This document shows positions 60,834-64,000 of a stretch of 64,000 nucleotides of DNA, piece after piece. Under the pieces are notes generated by a model that had not been told where the DNA came from, searched no databases, and was given only the letters and a program-made list of their open reading frames with translations. The stretch's first letter is position 1. Every line of letters starts with the position of its first letter. The DNA is from Fistulifera solaris. Lineage: Eukaryota. The translations under genes and the position numbers were made by a program. The stretch is taken from the NCBI GenBank assembly GCA_030295235.1, contig AP026146.1, forward strand, positions 248,001 through 312,000, given 5' to 3'.

Positions 60834-61557
60834 ATGCAGCCCTCGACCATGGGACTAAGCCTCTCAAAAGATGATTTATCTTGTTTTACAAGTAAAAACG
60901 AAGTTCGAGGGTCGGCCCGAAAGATGACCATTACGTCGCATCACAGGGCTTCACGCATCGCTAAAAATGGCTTGAATGTCTCTAGTAGCTTTCGAAATAC
61001 AGCCAATAAGGCGTATGCAATGAAGCCTGCATATGTTTTCGATGATGATACCGTGAGTACGCGTGACTCTCGAAGAATCGCAAAGGAAACGGTCCATAAG
61101 GAGGCCTCTAATTCTGCTGGTGGTATAATGGGGATGTTCAAGCGGCAATCGTTTGCATCTGATCATAGCCACCCCCGCTCCGCTTTTCGGCAAGATTTGG
61201 CTTCTTACGATCCCTCAAGTCCAATGTCTGGTGCTTCAGAAGACACAGACATAGAGGAAGCGTCTTCTAGCCCTCTACCAATTCCCTACAAGCCCAGGCC
61301 CTACTTCCGTGTCCAAGCCTACTCTCGTGGACGAAGACCACGAAGTCGATCACCTACGACGCGTTTACGATATGAGGACCTGGGATATGTATATTCGCAT
61401 AACAGAATCTCGTCGGCATTCCAACTATCAGAGCCAGGCCCCCGCAAACAGCTATGCGTGTGGGCCAGGTGTGACAATGGATCACCATTGCGATCCAAAT
61501 GTCGGATGCCACTCATCAAGCGAATACGACGAAGAGCTGATGTTTCACCTTGAATAA
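60834..61557 (+). CDS. Uncharacterised protein (frameshift at ~61285)
   Basis: Removing one C at 61284-61286 joins to a structured-looking C-terminus YDMRTWDMYIRITESR...ELMFHLE. Confidence 0.6.
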
Positions 61558-61775
61558 AAGCTACTCGTGCTACGCTAATTTCCCACCGATTGAGTGCGGA
61601 ACCTTCAGCTACGAGCTACGAAGATACAATTTTTTGTAAAAGAAGGAAGCTTATTAGTTTTGAGAAACTATTTTTAACAGAGACTTAATAGAATGTCTAT
61701 CTTATAGTGTAGTGTGCAATCGACGCGAAGTTATAACGTCTGTATTCATCACAATTAGAGTAGATACTCTGGCTT

Positions 61776-64000
61776 TTAATGCGCAAGCAAAAACTCAGGA
61801 CGGCCGCGAAGTAAAGCGAATAAAGTGTCGGAACCACAATGACTAGATACCCGAGCCAAAATGTGTGGAAGAAGCTTGGCGTCAATTGTGCTCACCCAAT
61901 GAAGAGCCTGGGGATACGTTCGAACCACCAAGGCAAACGAGCTATCCCAAGGACGGCCATTCTGTATCATAAGAGTGAGAGGGAAGTCTCCATCATTGTT
62001 CCGGATCTTGGCTGCTTCGGGGTAAATTTCCAAAAGTTTTCGAAGAACGCCGATACGCTGGTGATAGCTGCCGTCGCAACAATTGACGACATTTCCATCA
62101 AGTAGTGACATCTTCTCTATTGGAATACTCGCTTCAATGTGTAAGGGGGTATTTCCTTCGACGTCAGCGACTCGAGCCTCCTCGGGAAACATGTGGAGGG
62201 CTCTGTGAATATAGGCAGGGTCAATTCGAGCACCCTTGCGGTGCAGAGCGATACAAGCGCCAACAAGACTCTGCCCGTTGTTTTCATTCCCAGAAGGGCC
62301 ATAATGCAGGATTTTGGCAAGGATTGATAATGTAGTGAAGCATCGCATCTGATACACATGAACGTTGTTATGCAAGGTACATGTGCTTCCTTTGCACAGC
62401 TTCTGGTACTCTTCCATAGCAATCCCAATCGGAGTCTGCCCAGCAGTATTTTGAATCAAGATGGGGAAATTCGCCCGTTGCACGTTGCCAGCGCAGACTC
62501 CAACCCAGCACTGCTAGCTAAAGCGACTTCTCTCACTACCTCTGGATTGACTTTACGCAATACTGCCAAGTGCAAAGGGGTATCGTCATACGTCGTTTTC
62601 ATGTGCAAAGCATCAGGATACGCCCGGATGATTGCGCGAAGAGCTTCCACGTCCATCTCTTCCCGAATGGCTGAATGCAGCGGGGTATTTCCCATCAGAT
62701 CGACATCGGAGAAAATCTGAGGTCCACACAAGCGAGAGAAAAGTGTGACGATTCGACTGCAGAATATTCAAAGTGAGTGAACTGAACTAGAAGCGATGAT
62801 GCATAAGGGTAAACGAACGCAGACTCACTCGTCAATCCTTCCGTTCTTGCAAAGTATCTGGAGGGGTGAATAGCCCGCATTGTTGCGAACGGAAATCCAT
62901 GAAGGATTTGAAGCCGCTAGAGATTCGATATGAGGGCGAGAGAAATCACGAAAGCAAGCAAGGTGGACTGTTTAATCAAGATGGTGAGCACACACACTAC
63001 AATATCCAATATCGATGATAGGATCGCACGACCAAACTTACGAGGTGTGTTTCCCACAGTACTTGTCAGAACTTTATCGCGCAATGGTGATGCATGCATC
63101 TCCTCGGCGCCATTCTCTTCGCGAAGCGTTTGATACGTCTTCGACAGGACATCAATAATGGCAACAGATGCGCTGGAATTATTACTGGCCAAGTGCATCG
63201 CAGACTCACCGCCATTTGTGAGTTTGAGGGCAGCTTGTGGGCACGCATAGAGCAGTTCACGAACAATCATACACTGCGCTTGGTAAGCCCGGCAGCTGCA
63301 GTGAATCGGTAAAAAACCATAGTCATTTGGCTGAAGCGTAGCAGCGGGATTGGCTTCTAGTAAAATCTTGACTGCCTCGACTGATTTATTGGCTGTGCAT
63401 GCCAATGAAAGTGCCGTGTCATGCTTTCGAGTTTGTAGAATTGCCGCCCGCTTCTCCACGTCCAACAAACACCTGACCACATCACTATCCGCACCGTTTT
63501 CGAGAGCGTGGTGCAATGGAAGGTAACCGTTGACATCCTGAATAAGCAGAGCTTCAGCCGCCGCACGGACCAGGGCTCCAACAATAGGAAAATGAATCGT
63601 ACGAGCGCCACGGCACACGAGATGGAGGGGCGTAGAGGAAGCATCCTGATCGGTCAGAGTGGCAGCGTTCGGGGCGGCCACTAGCAGACGCTTGATTGAC
63701 TCTACATCCTCGGCTGTGGTCGGATTTTGCTGACAAAGAATGTGCAATGGGGTTTTTCCCGAAATCAGAGAAACAATGCCCGCGGAGAAAGGGTCCCTCC
63801 TGGCGAAGAGGGCTATCACCGCGTGATTCGAGTTACTTGCGGCATAATGAAATGGTGTAAAACCACGAGCATCGGAACGGTCACGCAACTGAATCGATTC
63901 GGGCGCAAGATTTAGCAAGTATTCAGCAAGCTCAACGGATGCGTTTCTGCGTTGACAATGAAGATGCAGTGCAGTCTGACCCCACCTATTCAGCCGACTA
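61776..64000 (-). CDS. Multi-ankyrin-repeat protein (5' end outside the window)
   Basis: Many G.TPLH motifs; introns 62967-63041 and 62757-62828; frameshift at the run 62463-62466. Confidence 0.88.

Overview
Gene-dense eukaryotic nuclear DNA, most likely from a diatom or related photosynthetic stramenopile. This is inferred from short GT-AG introns of about 68-140 nt, bipartite signal-peptide plus 'AF/SF' plastid presequences and a plastid-type Hsp90. About 33 protein-coding loci can be supported. They include exportin-1, UDP-xylose synthase, Hsp90, Hsp20, a DnaJ protein, TFIIH p62, YJU2, TrmO, a Ubl-WLM protease, a PTEN-like phosphatase, a PP4R1-like HEAT-PDZ protein, two nucleotide-sugar transporters, a DUF285/BspA protein and an ankyrin protein. 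About 14 single-base frameshifts, mostly in homopolymers and twice in essential XPO1, point to long-read consensus errors. Four things stand out. (1) A three-member family of large, probably type-II membrane mucin-like proteins with identical intron phases, a conserved N-terminal LxLHPDG module, P/T/S stalks and 1, 1 or 4 copies of a ~110-aa beta-rich tip domain; it lies next to a head-to-head duplicated nucleotide-sugar transporter pair. (2) A membrane-anchored, apparently luminal phytochelatin-synthase-like enzyme with an 11-residue Trp-repeat stalk. (3) A recurring 23-bp palindromic element (CACGACTG-N5-CAGTCAYGA) upstream of genes. (4) A 68-aa signal-peptide micro-ORF. All family assignments come from motif recognition by eye; no database search was run.
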